The notes beneath the pieces were generated by a model that was given only the letters and a program-made list of their open reading frames with translations, had not been told where the DNA came from and did not search any database. 64,000 nucleotides of DNA, taken from assembly GCA_036149055.1 (NCBI GenBank), contig JAYZQJ010000182.1, forward strand, positions 32,001 to 96,000, given 5' to 3'. This stretch comes from Myxococcota bacterium (GTDB lineage Bacteria; Myxococcota_A; Polyangia; Polyangiales; Sandaracinaceae). A program made the translations under genes and the position numbers. This document shows positions 1 to 11,246 of this stretch, piece by piece (positions within the stretch are counted from its first letter, which is position 1; each line of letters starts with the position of its first letter).

Positions 1-138
1 CGGGCTGAGGCGCGGGCCGAGATCCACCAGCTCGGGGTCGCGGCTGCAGATCACGAAGACGCTCATCGAGAGCAGGAACAGCACCCCGGGCAAGGCGATC
101 CCGCCGGGGAGCCCGCGGGGCTCGGTGCGCTCGGTCAT
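1..138 (-). CDS. 5' part of a membrane/exported hypothetical protein (runs off window start)
   Basis: ATG at 138 (minus) reads MTERTEPRGLPGGIALPGVLFLLSMSVFVIC..., hydrophobic stretch; CATACT -10-like box 7 nt upstream. Confidence 0.45.
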   Translation of the reverse strand, partial: MTERTEPRGLPGGIALPGVLFLLSMSVFVICSRDPELVDLGPRLSP

Positions 139-166
139 CGCGCGGAGTATGGGATCGTTGTGCCGA

Positions 167-1485
<1,319 letters not shown>

Positions 1486-1489
<4 letters not shown>

Positions 1490-2427
1490 GCCGCCTCCAC
1501 CGCCCGCGAGGGGCCGGCCGCGGGCAAGGTCACGACGAAGCGGGCGCCGCCTTCGATCCCGCCGCGCGGCGCGACGTCGATGCCGCCGCCGTGGGCCTCG
1601 ACGATGCGGAGGGCCATCGAGAGCCCGAGCCCGGTGCCCGTCTCCTTGGTGGTGAAGAACGGCTCGAAGAGGCGCGGGAGGTCCGCGTCCTCGATGCCGG
1701 GGCCGTCGTCCGCCACCTCGACCCGCAGGACGCCCTCGCCCTCGGCGGCCGTGATCGTCACCGCCCGCGCGCCGGCCTCGGCGGCGTTCACCACCAGGCC
1801 GAGCAGCACCTGCACCAGCAGATCGGCGTCGGCCCGCACGGTGAGGGGCGCCACGTCCCGCCGCACCGAGAGGACGCCCGTCGCCTCCTCGGCCAGGGCC
1901 GCGGCGCGCTCCACCACCGGGCCCACCTCCGTCTCACCGAGGGTCATGCGGGTCGGCTTGGCGAAGGTCAGGAGCGCGGCGATGAGGCCGTCGAGCCGAT
2001 CGATCTCGTCCCGGATGAGGTCGCAGGCGCGGTGGTCGTCGGAGCCGCGGTCGAAGGCCTCCTGCACCATGCTCGCGGACGCGCGGATGACGCCCAGCGG
2101 GTTGCGGACCTCGTGGGCGATGCCGGCGGCGAGCCGCCCGAGCGCGGCGAGCTTCTCCGCCTGGGCGAGGCGCGCGCGGCTGTCCTCGAGGGCCTCGAGC
2201 TGGGCCTGGATGCGCGCCCGATCCGCCCGGGCCCGCTGCCGCGCGCTCCACAGCTTGCCGCCCACCCAGCCGAGCGCCGCGTAGCCCACCACGAACGAGC
2301 CGAGCACCATCGCGCCCGCCGCCGTCCGGGACAGGCCGCCCACGTCGAGCCCGACCCACGCGAAGAGCGCGAGGTCCACCGCCGCCAACCCGCTCGCCGC
2401 CGCGAGCCCGATCCATTCCCAGCGCAC
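1486..2427 (-). CDS. Membrane sensor histidine kinase
   Basis: Two N-terminal TM segments, H-box AHEVRNPL, N-box, DDGPG, FFTTK, GTGLGL; overlaps regulator start (GTGA). Confidence 0.93.
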
Positions 2428-2439
2428 GCCCCGATCCTA

Positions 2440-2454
2440 GCGGAGCGCGTGCCA
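2440..2454 (-). promoter_or_regulatory. Sigma54 -24/-12 promoter for kinase/regulator operon
   Basis: Minus strand TGGCACGCGCTCCGC, GG-N10-GC; C(-12) lies 13 nt before GTG start at 2427. Confidence 0.55.
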
Positions 2455-2483
2455 GCGCGGCGCGCGGGAGCTCCGAGACCGGA

Positions 2484-2536
2484 CGTTGCAGCGCTGCAAC
2501 GCGCCCGGGCCCGCGAAACGATGCGCGCGTGCAACG
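2484..2536. promoter_or_regulatory. Tandem enhancer (UAS) sites for the NtrC-type activator
   Basis: Perfect 18-bp palindrome CGTTGCAGCGCTGCAACG (2484-2501) and degenerate copy CGATGCGCGCGTGCAACG (2519-2536) between two divergent sigma54 motifs. Confidence 0.6.
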
Positions 2537-2566
2537 GCGCCCACCCGTCCGCCCGCCTCGCGGCGC

Positions 2567-2581
2567 TGGCACGGCGGCTGC
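2567..2581 (+). promoter_or_regulatory. Sigma54 -24/-12 promoter
   Basis: TGGCACGGCGGCTGC, GG-N10-GC, upstream of RBS AGGAG and ATG 2611. Confidence 0.7.
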
Positions 2582-2610
2582 GGAGGGAGAGGCTCGAAAA
2601 GGAGAACGAC

Positions 2611-2937
2611 ATGAACCTCAAGCAGATCGGAATCACCCTCGTCTTCCTCGACTTCGCGGCCCTCACCGGATACGCGCTCTACCAGGAGGGGCTCATCGGC
2701 ATCTGGGAGATGGCCACCAGCAGCTGGTGGGCGACGCAGATCACCTTCGATCTCTGCTTCGCCGCCTTCTTCGGCAGCCTCTGGGTGTGGCGCGACGCCA
2801 AGAAGCGCGGCCTCAACCCGCTCCCCTACGTGCTCGCCGTCCCCTTCACCGGCTCCCTCGCCCTGCTCGTCTACGCGATCCGGCGCCAGTCCGCGGCCGC
2901 CCCTGCGGCGCGCCGCCTCGACGCCGCGCCCGCCTGA
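2611..2937 (+). CDS. Small integral membrane protein (DUF2834-like)
   Basis: RBS AAGGAG; MNLKQIGITLVFLDF..., three TM helices, QITFDL and WVWRDAKKRG motifs. Confidence 0.75.
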   Translation: MNLKQIGITLVFLDFAALTGYALYQEGLIGIWEMATSSWWATQITFDLCFAAFFGSLWVWRDAKKRGLNPLPYVLAVPFTGSLALLVYAIRRQSAAAPAARRLDAAPA

Positions 2938-2961
2938 TCCCCCACATGGTCTTCATGCGGC

Positions 2962-3106
2962 GGGGAGAGGGGAGAGCGGAGGCGAGGAGGAAGCGTCGCT
3001 GCGCGACGCGGCCGGTGGGCGACGCGATGGCGACTCGCCGCCGACGCAGCTGGTCGCCGCCCGGCCGCCGAGCTGTCTCTCCTCGCCTCCCACCTCCCCT
3101 CTCCCC
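2962..3106. repeat. Long inverted-repeat / structured intergenic element
   Basis: 28-nt arms GGGGAGAGGGGAGAGCGGAGGCGAGGAG (2962-2989) and CTCCTCGCCTCCCACCTCCCCTCTCCCC (3079-3106) enclosing further stems. Confidence 0.7.
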
Positions 3107-3154
3107 CCCAAAAAAGCGGGAGCCCGCGTGGCCTGGGCGAGAGAGGAGACAAGG

Positions 3155-3889
3155 TCACTCGAGGCGTTTGGCGAGGAAGAGCTCCTGCGCCTCGTAGGGA
3201 GGCTCGTGGGCGTGGATGAGCAGCTCGGGCTGGAAGCCGACCTCGCGCAGGAGGCGGAGCCAGCTCTCGCGGGAGAAGCAGCCGACGACGTGTCGGTCGT
3301 GCACCACGCGGACCTCGCCCCGGCCCTCTCGGAGGACGAAGACGTAGTCGCCCACGAAGGTGTCGTCGTCCGGATCGGGATCCCAGTCCCACTCCACGCA
3401 GCGCATCGCGCGGTCCTCGTCCTCCGCCTCGAAGACCTGCGTGCTCTCGACGAAGGTCTCCTTCACGAAGTCGGGCACGAAGAGGGCCGCGCCGCCGGGA
3501 TGGAGATGCGCGTGGGCGGTCTCCATCGCGCGCCGCAGGTCGTCCTCGCTGCGCATGTACATGACCGCGTCGTGCACCAGCACGAGGTCGAAGCGCTCGG
3601 TCAGCCGCAGCGCGCGCATGTCCCCGAGGTGGTGCGCGCACTCCGGGTTCAGCGCCTCGCTCAGCGCGAGCATCGAGGGCGCGAGGTCCGTGAGCGTGCA
3701 GCGGTAGCGCGCCTTCAGGTGGTAGGCGTTGTGCCCGGCGCCGCAGCCGAGCTCGAGCATGGTCTCGGCGTCGGGCGCCGCGCGCGCGAGCGCGTCCCCG
3801 TACATCGCCGCCTCCTCCGCGTACTCCTCCTTGGGCGTCAGCAGCGTGTACCAGGGCGCGAGCTCGTCGTAGAGGCGCGGGCCGGTCAC
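3155..3889 (-). CDS. Class I SAM-dependent methyltransferase
   Basis: MLELGCGAG motif I, GDMR, FDLVLVHDAVMY, LHPGG. Confidence 0.9.
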   Translation of the reverse strand: MTGPRLYDELAPWYTLLTPKEEYAEEAAMYGDALARAAPDAETMLELGCGAGHNAYHLKARYRCTLTDLAPSMLALSEALNPECAHHLGDMRALRLTERFDLVLVHDAVMYMRSEDDLRRAMETAHAHLHPGGAALFVPDFVKETFVESTQVFEAEDEDRAMRCVEWDWDPDPDDDTFVGDYVFVLREGRGEVRVVHDRHVVGCFSRESWLRLLREVGFQPELLIHAHEPPYEAQELFLAKRLE

Positions 3890-3898
3890 GCCTCGAGC

Positions 3899-4783
3899 TT
3901 ACTCCAGGAGCGCGCGCCCCTGCTCGGCGAGCCGGGCGAGGTCCCGCTCGGACAGGCGCAACTCCGCGAGCGCCACGTCCACCGCGTGCGGGCTGACCGT
4001 GTCGTGCTGGCCGGGGAGCCCCGCGCCGCGCCCCGACTGATCGGCGATGTAGTGCGCGAGGCACTGGCAGGCGATCACCGGGTGCCGATAGCCGCCGAGG
4101 TCGGGGTGGCGGTGCGCGCCGATCATCCACTGCAGCTCGACCGGGAGGCCCCACAGCCGGGCGACGATCTCGCCGGCCTCGCAGTGGTAGGCGTCGAGCT
4201 CGACCGCGAGCGCGCCCAGGTCGGGCGGGGACGCGCCGCGCTCGGCGAGGGCGTGGATCATGGCCATGTGCCCCACGTCGTGCAGCAGCCCGAAGAGGAA
4301 GCCGTACTCCATCGCGACCGAGGTGTGCGAGGCGACGAAGCGGGTCAGGATCGCCACCGCGGCGCTGTGCCGGCGGAGCTGATCCAGCGTGCGCTCGTAG
4401 CCGGCGACCCGGAACACCCGGCCCATCGCGACCTGCCAGACGACGTCGCGGAGCCCCGAGAGCCCGAGGCGCGCGGCGGCGTCCTGGAGCGAGCGCGGCG
4501 GCATCTGGGTGGCGTAGGCGGGAGAGGCGGCGACGCGGAGGACCTCGGCGGCCAGCATCGCGTCGTGCTCGAGCACCGTGACCACCTCGGGGATGCCGAC
4601 GTCGGGGCGCTTCACCAGCTCGTGCACCTCGAGCGCCACCTTGGGCAGCATCGGGGGGTGGTAGCCGGGGGCGCCGAAGACCCGGCGGAGCTCCTCGCCG
4701 ACCTCCTCGGCCCCGAGCCAGCCGTCGTGATCGACCGCGGCGCGGCCGAACCCATAGCCCTTGCGTCCGTGAGCGAGGCTCAT
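3899..4783 (-). CDS. HDOD domain protein (stand-alone)
   Basis: PMLPKVA, DAMLAAEVLRVAASP, SLQDAAARLG, GLLHDVG, HCEAGEIVARLWGLP; start uncertain. Confidence 0.85.
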   Translation of the reverse strand: MSLAHGRKGYGFGRAAVDHDGWLGAEEVGEELRRVFGAPGYHPPMLPKVALEVHELVKRPDVGIPEVVTVLEHDAMLAAEVLRVAASPAYATQMPPRSLQDAAARLGLSGLRDVVWQVAMGRVFRVAGYERTLDQLRRHSAAVAILTRFVASHTSVAMEYGFLFGLLHDVGHMAMIHALAERGASPPDLGALAVELDAYHCEAGEIVARLWGLPVELQWMIGAHRHPDLGGYRHPVIACQCLAHYIADQSGRGAGLPGQHDTVSPHAVDVALAELRLSERDLARLAEQGRALLE

Positions 4784-4827
4784 CCAGCCCGGAGAACGAC
4801 CGCTGGCGCGGCGGCTGAACCCTCTCC

Positions 4828-7800
4828 CTACTCGGCGTGCGCCTCGCCGGGCGACGGCGCGTCGGCGACCTCCGCGTAGGCGCCGTCGGTCCGGGCGTAG
4901 ACCGCGCGGGGCTCGGCGGCCGGCCCCCGGAGCGCGCGCTTGAGGGGGCGGTAGCCGTCGGTCATCGGGATCGCGTCGACGACCCGCACCCGCCGCGGAC
5001 GCTCGTGCGGCTGGAGCTTCTCGTCGACGAGCCGCTCGAGGCGACGCAGGTCGAGCGCGCCCTCGCGGGGCACGATGGTCGCGACCACCGCCTCGCCCTC
5101 CTCGCCCGGCAGCGCGCGACCGGAGACCGTCACCATCGCCACGTCCGGGCGCCGGTAGAGCAGGTCCTCGATCTCGCGGGTGAAGACCGGCCCGCTCGGG
5201 GTGCGCACCGTGTCGCTCAGGCGGTCGACGTACCAGTAGTCGCCGTCGGCGTCCTGACGGACCAGGTCGCCGGTGAGGAACCACGCGTCGCCGCGCTCGA
5301 AGACGTCGTGGGCCACGCGCTCCCGGGTCGTGGCCTCGTCGAGGTAGCCGTCGAAGCCCGCCATCGGGTGCCCGCGGTCGACCCGCGCGATCAGCATGCC
5401 CGGCTGATCGACCCCGGCCCGCTGCACGAAGCCCTGCTCGTCGCGCACGAAGTCGTCGCTCTCGAAGCGGTAGAGGGCGACCGACATGTCCGTCGCGCCC
5501 GGCAGCGGGCGGCCGAGCGCCCCCACCTTCTCACCGCTGGCGTTCGCGAGCACCGCGTTGCCCTCGGTGGTGGCGTAGAACTCGAGCACGCCGACCTTGA
5601 AGCGCTGCTGCAGCCGCTCCCACACGTCGCGCCGCATGCCGCTGCCCGCGAAGAGGCGCACCGGGTTCTTGGCGTCGTTCACCTCGGGCGGCGCGTCGAC
5701 GAGGGCGCGGCACATCTCGCCCGCGTAGAAGACGACCGTCGCCCCGTAGCGCCGCGCCTCGTTCCAGAAGTGCTCGGGCGCGAAGCGGGCGGCCAGCGCG
5801 AGCCGCGAGCCTCCGACGAGCGCGCCCCCGACCGCGACGAGCATGCCCGCCGCGTGATGCAGCGGGAGCACGCAATACACGGTGTCGTTCGGATCGAGGC
5901 TGCAGCTGGCGGCCGCGCCGAGCGCGCTGAAGGCCCACCGGCGGTTGGTGATGCGCGCCGCCCGCGGCTCCTCGGCCCGCCCGGCGGTGAAGAGCACCAT
6001 CGCCTCGTCGCTCGCGCGGCCGGCGTTGGGCGTGTAGTCGGCGGGGAGGCGCACCCGCTCCGGGTCGATCGCCTCCATGTCGACGACGCCCTCGGGGACC
6101 TGACGCGCCGGCCCGTACGGCCCGCCGAGCGCGAACACCGGCCCCTCGTACGCCTCGCGGGCCGCGGGCGCGTTCTCCGGGTCGGCGATCAGCATCGACA
6201 CGCCGCCGATCTCGAGCGCTCGCCCGAGCGACAGCCGCTTCATCTCGGGGCTCAGCAGCACCGCGGTCGCGCGCATGCGGTTGAGCGCGGCGACGATCGA
6301 GAGGTAGGTCGGCCGGCCGCGCATCAGCACGCCGACCCGGTCACCGGGCTTCACGCCGATCTCGAACAGCCCCTTCACGATCGCGTCCACGCGCCGGTCG
6401 GCGTCGGCGTAGCTGAAGGCGCGGCCCTTCCAGAGGAAGAAGGTCGCGTCGGGCATGTGCTCGGCCTTCTCGGCGAGCTCGCGACCGAGGCTGACCAGGG
6501 TGTCGCTCCGGATCTTGCGCAGGCGGCTGAGGCGCGGGAGCTGCCAGCGGAGCGTGTCGATCGCCGCGGTCACGTCCTCGCTCACCCGGCCGACGCTCTT
6601 CAGCGCCTGCTCCACCGCGTCGGTCGCGAAGTCGTAGAAGTCCTCCACGTCGAGGTCGAGCTCGTCGAAGGCGAGGTCGTCGATGTCCTCGATCGGCTCG
6701 CGCCCGGCCTCCTCCCGGAGCAGCTCGGGCAGCTCGCCGCCCTCGTCGACCCAGCCCATCCAGCCGGTCACCGTCGGCCACGTCTGCCCGAGCGCCTTGC
6801 TCCCCACCACGAGCCCCAGGTGACCGGCGCGGATGCCCACCTCGTGCACGTCGGAGTTGAGCGCCGCGCCGTGGATCGCGCGCACCGCGGCCGGCTTGGC
6901 GATGTCGTCGGTGAGCCCGACGAAGAAGAGGATCGGGCAGGTGAGATCGGAGAGCGTCACCGTCCGGCCGTCGATCACGAAGCCGCCCGAGGCCATGCGG
7001 TTGGCGACGATGAACTCGTCGATGAAGGTGCGCAGCGCCGGGCCGGGCCAGGCGACGAAGCCCTCGCCGCCGAGGAAGCGCCGCCGGGTCTCGCGCTTCT
7101 CGAGCGCCTGTCGGTCGTGGAGCTTGGTCACGAAGTCGACGACCTGCTGCAGCTCCTTCTTCGGGCTGACCATCTTGAAGCCGATGCTGGTCAAGAAGCC
7201 CGGAAGCGCCTCGAGCTCGTTGAGGGGCCGCTCGATCACCGTGCGGAGGCCGCCGATCAGCTTCTCGGCGACCTGGTCGCTCATCGGGACCGGCGTGTTC
7301 TTGCGGATGTCGACGGGGCTGCCGAAGGTGATGATCGAGGCGAGCCCCTCGGAGCGCCGATAGGCGGCGGCCTGGTAGCAGAACATGCCGCCCTGCGAGT
7401 AGCCGGCGAGGTGCACGTCGCGCGCGCAGGCGTCGTGCACGCGCTGGATGGCGTCGTCGACCGCGCGCACGTGATCGTCGAGGGTGCGCTTCATCCCGCC
7501 CTCGACCTGCTCCGGGGCGCCGAAGTCGATGAGCCAGACGTCGACGCCCTGCCCGAGCAGGTAGCTGACGGCGCTGACGTCGGGCGACATGTCGTAGATC
7601 TCGCTCGTGACCATCAGCGGCGGCACGAGCAGGAGCGGCACGCGGGCCTCGGCCTCGTCGCGCTCGATGCCCTGGTAGCGCCGCAGGGAGTACATGCGGT
7701 CGCTGTGCACCACCTCGTAGGCGGTGCGGTGGGGGGCGGTGAGGCGGCCCACTCGCACGATCTCGGCCGCGTTCGCGTAGCTGCGGCGGAGCACCTTGAG

Positions 7801-7839
7801 GGTCCGCCCGAGCGCGGAGCGGCGCTTTCGCTTGGCCAT
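4828..7839 (-). CDS. PhaC-like alpha/beta hydrolase fused to long-chain acyl-CoA synthetase (FATP-like; Rv1683-type architecture)
   Basis: PLLLVPP, GYSQGG nucleophile elbow, AGHLGLVVG; C-terminal AMP-binding domain LPLHHAAG, EFYATTEG, FLTGDL, YVDRLSD. Confidence 0.85.
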   Translation of the reverse strand: MAKRKRRSALGRTLKVLRRSYANAAEIVRVGRLTAPHRTAYEVVHSDRMYSLRRYQGIERDEAEARVPLLLVPPLMVTSEIYDMSPDVSAVSYLLGQGVDVWLIDFGAPEQVEGGMKRTLDDHVRAVDDAIQRVHDACARDVHLAGYSQGGMFCYQAAAYRRSEGLASIITFGSPVDIRKNTPVPMSDQVAEKLIGGLRTVIERPLNELEALPGFLTSIGFKMVSPKKELQQVVDFVTKLHDRQALEKRETRRRFLGGEGFVAWPGPALRTFIDEFIVANRMASGGFVIDGRTVTLSDLTCPILFFVGLTDDIAKPAAVRAIHGAALNSDVHEVGIRAGHLGLVVGSKALGQTWPTVTGWMGWVDEGGELPELLREEAGREPIEDIDDLAFDELDLDVEDFYDFATDAVEQALKSVGRVSEDVTAAIDTLRWQLPRLSRLRKIRSDTLVSLGRELAEKAEHMPDATFFLWKGRAFSYADADRRVDAIVKGLFEIGVKPGDRVGVLMRGRPTYLSIVAALNRMRATAVLLSPEMKRLSLGRALEIGGVSMLIADPENAPAAREAYEGPVFALGGPYGPARQVPEGVVDMEAIDPERVRLPADYTPNAGRASDEAMVLFTAGRAEEPRAARITNRRWAFSALGAAASCSLDPNDTVYCVLPLHHAAGMLVAVGGALVGGSRLALAARFAPEHFWNEARRYGATVVFYAGEMCRALVDAPPEVNDAKNPVRLFAGSGMRRDVWERLQQRFKVGVLEFYATTEGNAVLANASGEKVGALGRPLPGATDMSVALYRFESDDFVRDEQGFVQRAGVDQPGMLIARVDRGHPMAGFDGYLDEATTRERVAHDVFERGDAWFLTGDLVRQDADGDYWYVDRLSDTVRTPSGPVFTREIEDLLYRRPDVAMVTVSGRALPGEEGEAVVATIVPREGALDLRRLERLVDEKLQPHERPRRVRVVDAIPMTDGYRPLKRALRGPAAEPRAVYARTDGAYAEVADAPSPGEAHAE

Positions 7840-7880
7840 GGCTGTCTGTATCGCCTCCGGGCCGGTGCTATCAAGCCGGC

Positions 7881-8414
7881 ATGGATCGCGTGGCCGTCGT
7901 CGACCGGGACAACCGCTTCCTCCGCTGGACCGACCGCGCGGAGATCCACGCTCGCCGGCTCCCCCACCGGAGCGTGCAGGTGATGATCTTCGACCCCGCC
8001 GGCCGGCTCGTGCTCCAGCGCCGCCACGCCGAGAAGCGCACCTACCCCGGCTTCTGGGACCTCTCGGCCTCGGGGCACGTCGAGGAGCCCGACTACCCAG
8101 ACCCGGCCCGCCCGGACGCGGACCTCGACGCCGTCTACGACGCGGTCGCGGCCCGGGAGCTCGAAGAGGAGCTGGGCGTGCGGTGCCCGCTGACCCGCCT
8201 CGGCGCCTTCGGGCCCGAGCCCGAGGTCCACTACGAGCACCTCGTGCTCTACCGCGGCGAGTCGGACGGCCCCTTCACGCCCCAGCCGACCGAGGTCGCG
8301 GAGGTGGAGCGCTTCTCGCCCGCCGACTTCGACGCGCTGGTGGCCTCGGGCGTCCCGGTGACGCCGTCGCTCCGATGGTTCGTGTCCTGGTCCCGGGAGC
8401 GCTCCATCTGGTGA
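7881..8414 (+). CDS. NUDIX hydrolase (IPP isomerase type 1-like)
   Basis: HRSVQV, LQRR..K..YPGFWD, GHV, Nudix box ARELEEELG. Confidence 0.85.
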   Translation: MDRVAVVDRDNRFLRWTDRAEIHARRLPHRSVQVMIFDPAGRLVLQRRHAEKRTYPGFWDLSASGHVEEPDYPDPARPDADLDAVYDAVAARELEEELGVRCPLTRLGAFGPEPEVHYEHLVLYRGESDGPFTPQPTEVAEVERFSPADFDALVASGVPVTPSLRWFVSWSRERSIW

Positions 8415-8430
8415 TACGCTCGCGCCGACG

Positions 8431-9672
8431 ATGAGCGGTCCGACCGAGGAAGAGAAGACCGACCCTCACATCGCCGTCCCCGCGGACGACGACGGTGAGG
8501 ACGCGACCATCGAGGGCACGATGGAGGTGCTGCTGCCCGAGCTGCGCAAGGCCGGCATCGAGGTCCCGGCCTCGTCGAAGCCGCCGGCCGCGCCGCCTCC
8601 GCGCTCGATGCCCGCGTCGAGGCCCCTGCCGCCGCCCTCGCGCCCGCCCTCGAGCCAGTCGCTCCCCGGCCGCCCCCCCGCGAGCCAGCCCCTGCCGTCG
8701 CGCCCTGCGTCCCGGCCGCCGACGTCCCCGCCGGCGCGCATGCCGAAGCCGAGCGATCCGCCGCCGGTCCGGCGCGATCCGAGCGCCCGGCCGCCGCAGC
8801 GGCAGCGCCTCGCCCAGATGGACACCCAGCTCGACCAGGCGCGCAGCGCCGTCGCCCGGCAGCGCCACGAGCTCGACGAGCTCCGCACGCGCCTCGAGGC
8901 GAAGGAGGAGCGGCTCGACGCGCTCCTCTCCGAGCTCGCGGCGAAGGGCGCCGCCTCGCCGGACGGAGTCGAGTCCCAGCTGCAGGAGATGGAGCGGCGC
9001 CGCGACTCGCTCGCCGAGGAGCTCCGCCGCCGCTTCGCCGAGGCCGACCTGACCCAGGCCGAGCAGACCTCCCGCTTCGCCTCGATCGAGGACCGCCTCG
9101 ACCACATCGAGGAGGGCACCGAGCTGTCCCGGGTGCGCATGCGCCTCGAGCGCGTCGGCCACCAGCTCGGCACCCTCGAGACCCGGGTCGACCAGCTCGC
9201 GATCGATCAGCGCGAGCTCCGCGGCCAGCTCGAGGAGCGCGGCGCGATGAGCGCCCGGGTCGAGCGGCTCGAGTCACTCTTCGAGGAGCTGGCCGAGGAG
9301 CTGCGCCGGGACCGCGACGGCGACGCGATCGACGAGGTCCGCGCTCAGCTCGACGACATGCGCGCGCTGGTGCTCAAGACCGGCGACGACGAGCGCGTCC
9401 TGCGCCAGCGCGTCGAAGCGCAGGACCGCGCGCTCGACGAGATCAAGGGCAGCATCGTCCCGCCGCCCGCCGGCCCTCCGCCCGACGGCGACGACCTCAC
9501 CCGCATCAAGGGCATCGGCCCCAAGTACGCCCGGGCCCTCTACGCCATCGGCGTCACCCGCGTCGCCCAGATCGCCGCGTGGGCCGACGACGACGTGCAC
9601 CGCGCCGCCACCCAGCTCGGCGTCAAGGCCGGCCGCGTCCGCGCCTGGATCCGCGCCGCCGGCGCGCTCTAG
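8431..9672 (+). CDS. Pro-rich/coiled-coil protein with C-terminal helix-hairpin-helix domain
   Basis: Pro-rich N-terminus, long heptad region, DDLTRIKGIGPKYARAL..GVT...QIAAW HhH motif. Confidence 0.75.
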   Translation: MSGPTEEEKTDPHIAVPADDDGEDATIEGTMEVLLPELRKAGIEVPASSKPPAAPPPRSMPASRPLPPPSRPPSSQSLPGRPPASQPLPSRPASRPPTSPPARMPKPSDPPPVRRDPSARPPQRQRLAQMDTQLDQARSAVARQRHELDELRTRLEAKEERLDALLSELAAKGAASPDGVESQLQEMERRRDSLAEELRRRFAEADLTQAEQTSRFASIEDRLDHIEEGTELSRVRMRLERVGHQLGTLETRVDQLAIDQRELRGQLEERGAMSARVERLESLFEELAEELRRDRDGDAIDEVRAQLDDMRALVLKTGDDERVLRQRVEAQDRALDEIKGSIVPPPAGPPPDGDDLTRIKGIGPKYARALYAIGVTRVAQIAAWADDDVHRAATQLGVKAGRVRAWIRAAGAL

Positions 9673-10676
9673 CGAAAGGCGCCGAGGGAGCGGGGCGGCT
9701 GGGCGCAGGCGTCGAGCAGCGCGGCGCCGGCGGTGAAGGCCTCGAGGGAGGGCAGGTCCTCCCAGGTGAGGAGGAGGCGGCGACCGTCCGACTCGAAGGA
9801 GCACGCGCCGACCTCCGAGAGGTGAGGCCGGGCCGCCTCCGGGACGAGCCCACGGGGCAGGCCGTCGCCGCCGGGGAGCTGGCCGTCGAACGGCTCGAGG
9901 TCCTCGCGCTCGAGCTTGCGGGCGGCGCGGAGGATGGCGCCGCCGGTCGCGAGGCGGACGCGCGCGTCCACCCGGCCCGCCTGGGTGGCGATCGCGAGGC
10001 GCGCCGGCGAGGGCTTCTCCCAGCTCCCGGCCACGCCGGTGAAGATGGCGTCGGGGTGCGCGGCGTAGCGCTCGAGCTCGCGCGGACCGTAGGCGGCGAG
10101 CGCGCCGGTGACGTCGAGCATCGCGCTCAGCTTGGTCGGGTCCTTGAGCGCGCCGAAGAGGGTGAGCGTCACGAGCCCGCCGCTCGACTCGATCTTCGCG
10201 TTCCAGAGCCGCGCGACGACGCGATCCATCACCTCGGGGGTGAACGCCTCACGGACGGCGGCCTGGTCCTCGCATTTGACGACCAGCTCCTCGTCGAAGC
10301 GCGCGTGGCCGAGCGAGACGTCGCGCAGGCCGATCATCGCGCCCACGGTGGCGAGCACGCCCTTGGGCGCGACCTTGAAGCTGGGCGCGCCCCGGAGCGA
10401 GAAGCGCGCGCGGGCGCGGGTGTAGGTCTGCGAGCTCTTGCCGGTCGAGACCACGTAGGTGTCGAGGTACACGAGGGCCTGCCCCACCGCGACCTCGATG
10501 CCCGGGTGCTGCTGCTTGAAGAGGCTGACCTTCCCCGGGTGGTAAGTGCCGCCCCGCTCCGCGGCGAGCGCCCGCCAGACCGCCTCGCGGGCCTTCTTCT
10601 CGCGGTGCGCGTACCAGGCGACCCCGCCGGCGATGGCGAGGGCGGCGGGCACCGCGACGAGGGTCACCGGATCCAT
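9669..10676 (-). CDS. Hypothetical membrane-anchored protein
   Basis: N-terminal TM, good codon frame, TACGCT -10 box 8 nt upstream. Confidence 0.65.
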   Translation of the reverse strand: MDPVTLVAVPAALAIAGGVAWYAHREKKAREAVWRALAAERGGTYHPGKVSLFKQQHPGIEVAVGQALVYLDTYVVSTGKSSQTYTRARARFSLRGAPSFKVAPKGVLATVGAMIGLRDVSLGHARFDEELVVKCEDQAAVREAFTPEVMDRVVARLWNAKIESSGGLVTLTLFGALKDPTKLSAMLDVTGALAAYGPRELERYAAHPDAIFTGVAGSWEKPSPARLAIATQAGRVDARVRLATGGAILRAARKLEREDLEPFDGQLPGGDGLPRGLVPEAARPHLSEVGACSFESDGRRLLLTWEDLPSLEAFTAGAALLDACAQPPRSLGAFR

Positions 10677-10720
10677 GCAGGAGAAGCGTAACGCAGGGAC
10701 CGGCCCTACATACGAGAGGC

Positions 10721-11236
10721 ATGCGCGGACTCCACCTCACCCTCCCCGCCCTCCTTCTCCTGGCCGGCTGCAGCGGCGGCCCGAGCGCCTCGGCGCAGGA
10801 GCGCGAGCGGCCGGCCCGCTTCAGCGACCCGCCCCTCGGCGAGACGGTGTCCTACAGCGAGGCGGAGTGGCGCGAGCGGCTCACCCCCGACGAGTTCCAC
10901 ATCCTCCGCGAGGAGGGCACCGAGCGCGCGTTCACCGGCCGCTACCACGACCACCACGGCCACGGCGTCTACCGCTGCGCCGGCTGCGGCGCCCCGCTCT
11001 TCGACAGCGAGGACAAGTTCGACAGCGGCACCGGCTGGCCGAGCTACACCCGCCCGGTGCACCCGCGGCGCGTCCGCGAGGTGACCGATCGCTCGCTGGG
11101 CATGACCCGCACCGAGGTGGAGTGCGCGCGCTGCGGCGGCCACCTCGGGCACGTCTTCCGCGACGGGCCCCGGCCGACCGGGCTGCGCTACTGCATCAAC
11201 AGCGCGTCGCTCGACTTCGAGGCCACCGAGGAGTAG
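10721..11236 (+). CDS. msrB: Peptide-methionine (R)-S-oxide reductase, lipoprotein-signal form
   Basis: [51 protein letters not shown] lipobox. Confidence 0.95.
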   Translation: MRGLHLTLPALLLLAGCSGGPSASAQERERPARFSDPPLGETVSYSEAEWRERLTPDEFHILREEGTERAFTGRYHDHHGHGVYRCAGCGAPLFDSEDKFDSGTGWPSYTRPVHPRRVREVTDRSLGMTRTEVECARCGGHLGHVFRDGPRPTGLRYCINSASLDFEATEE

Positions 11237-11246
11237 TCCCCGGCCC

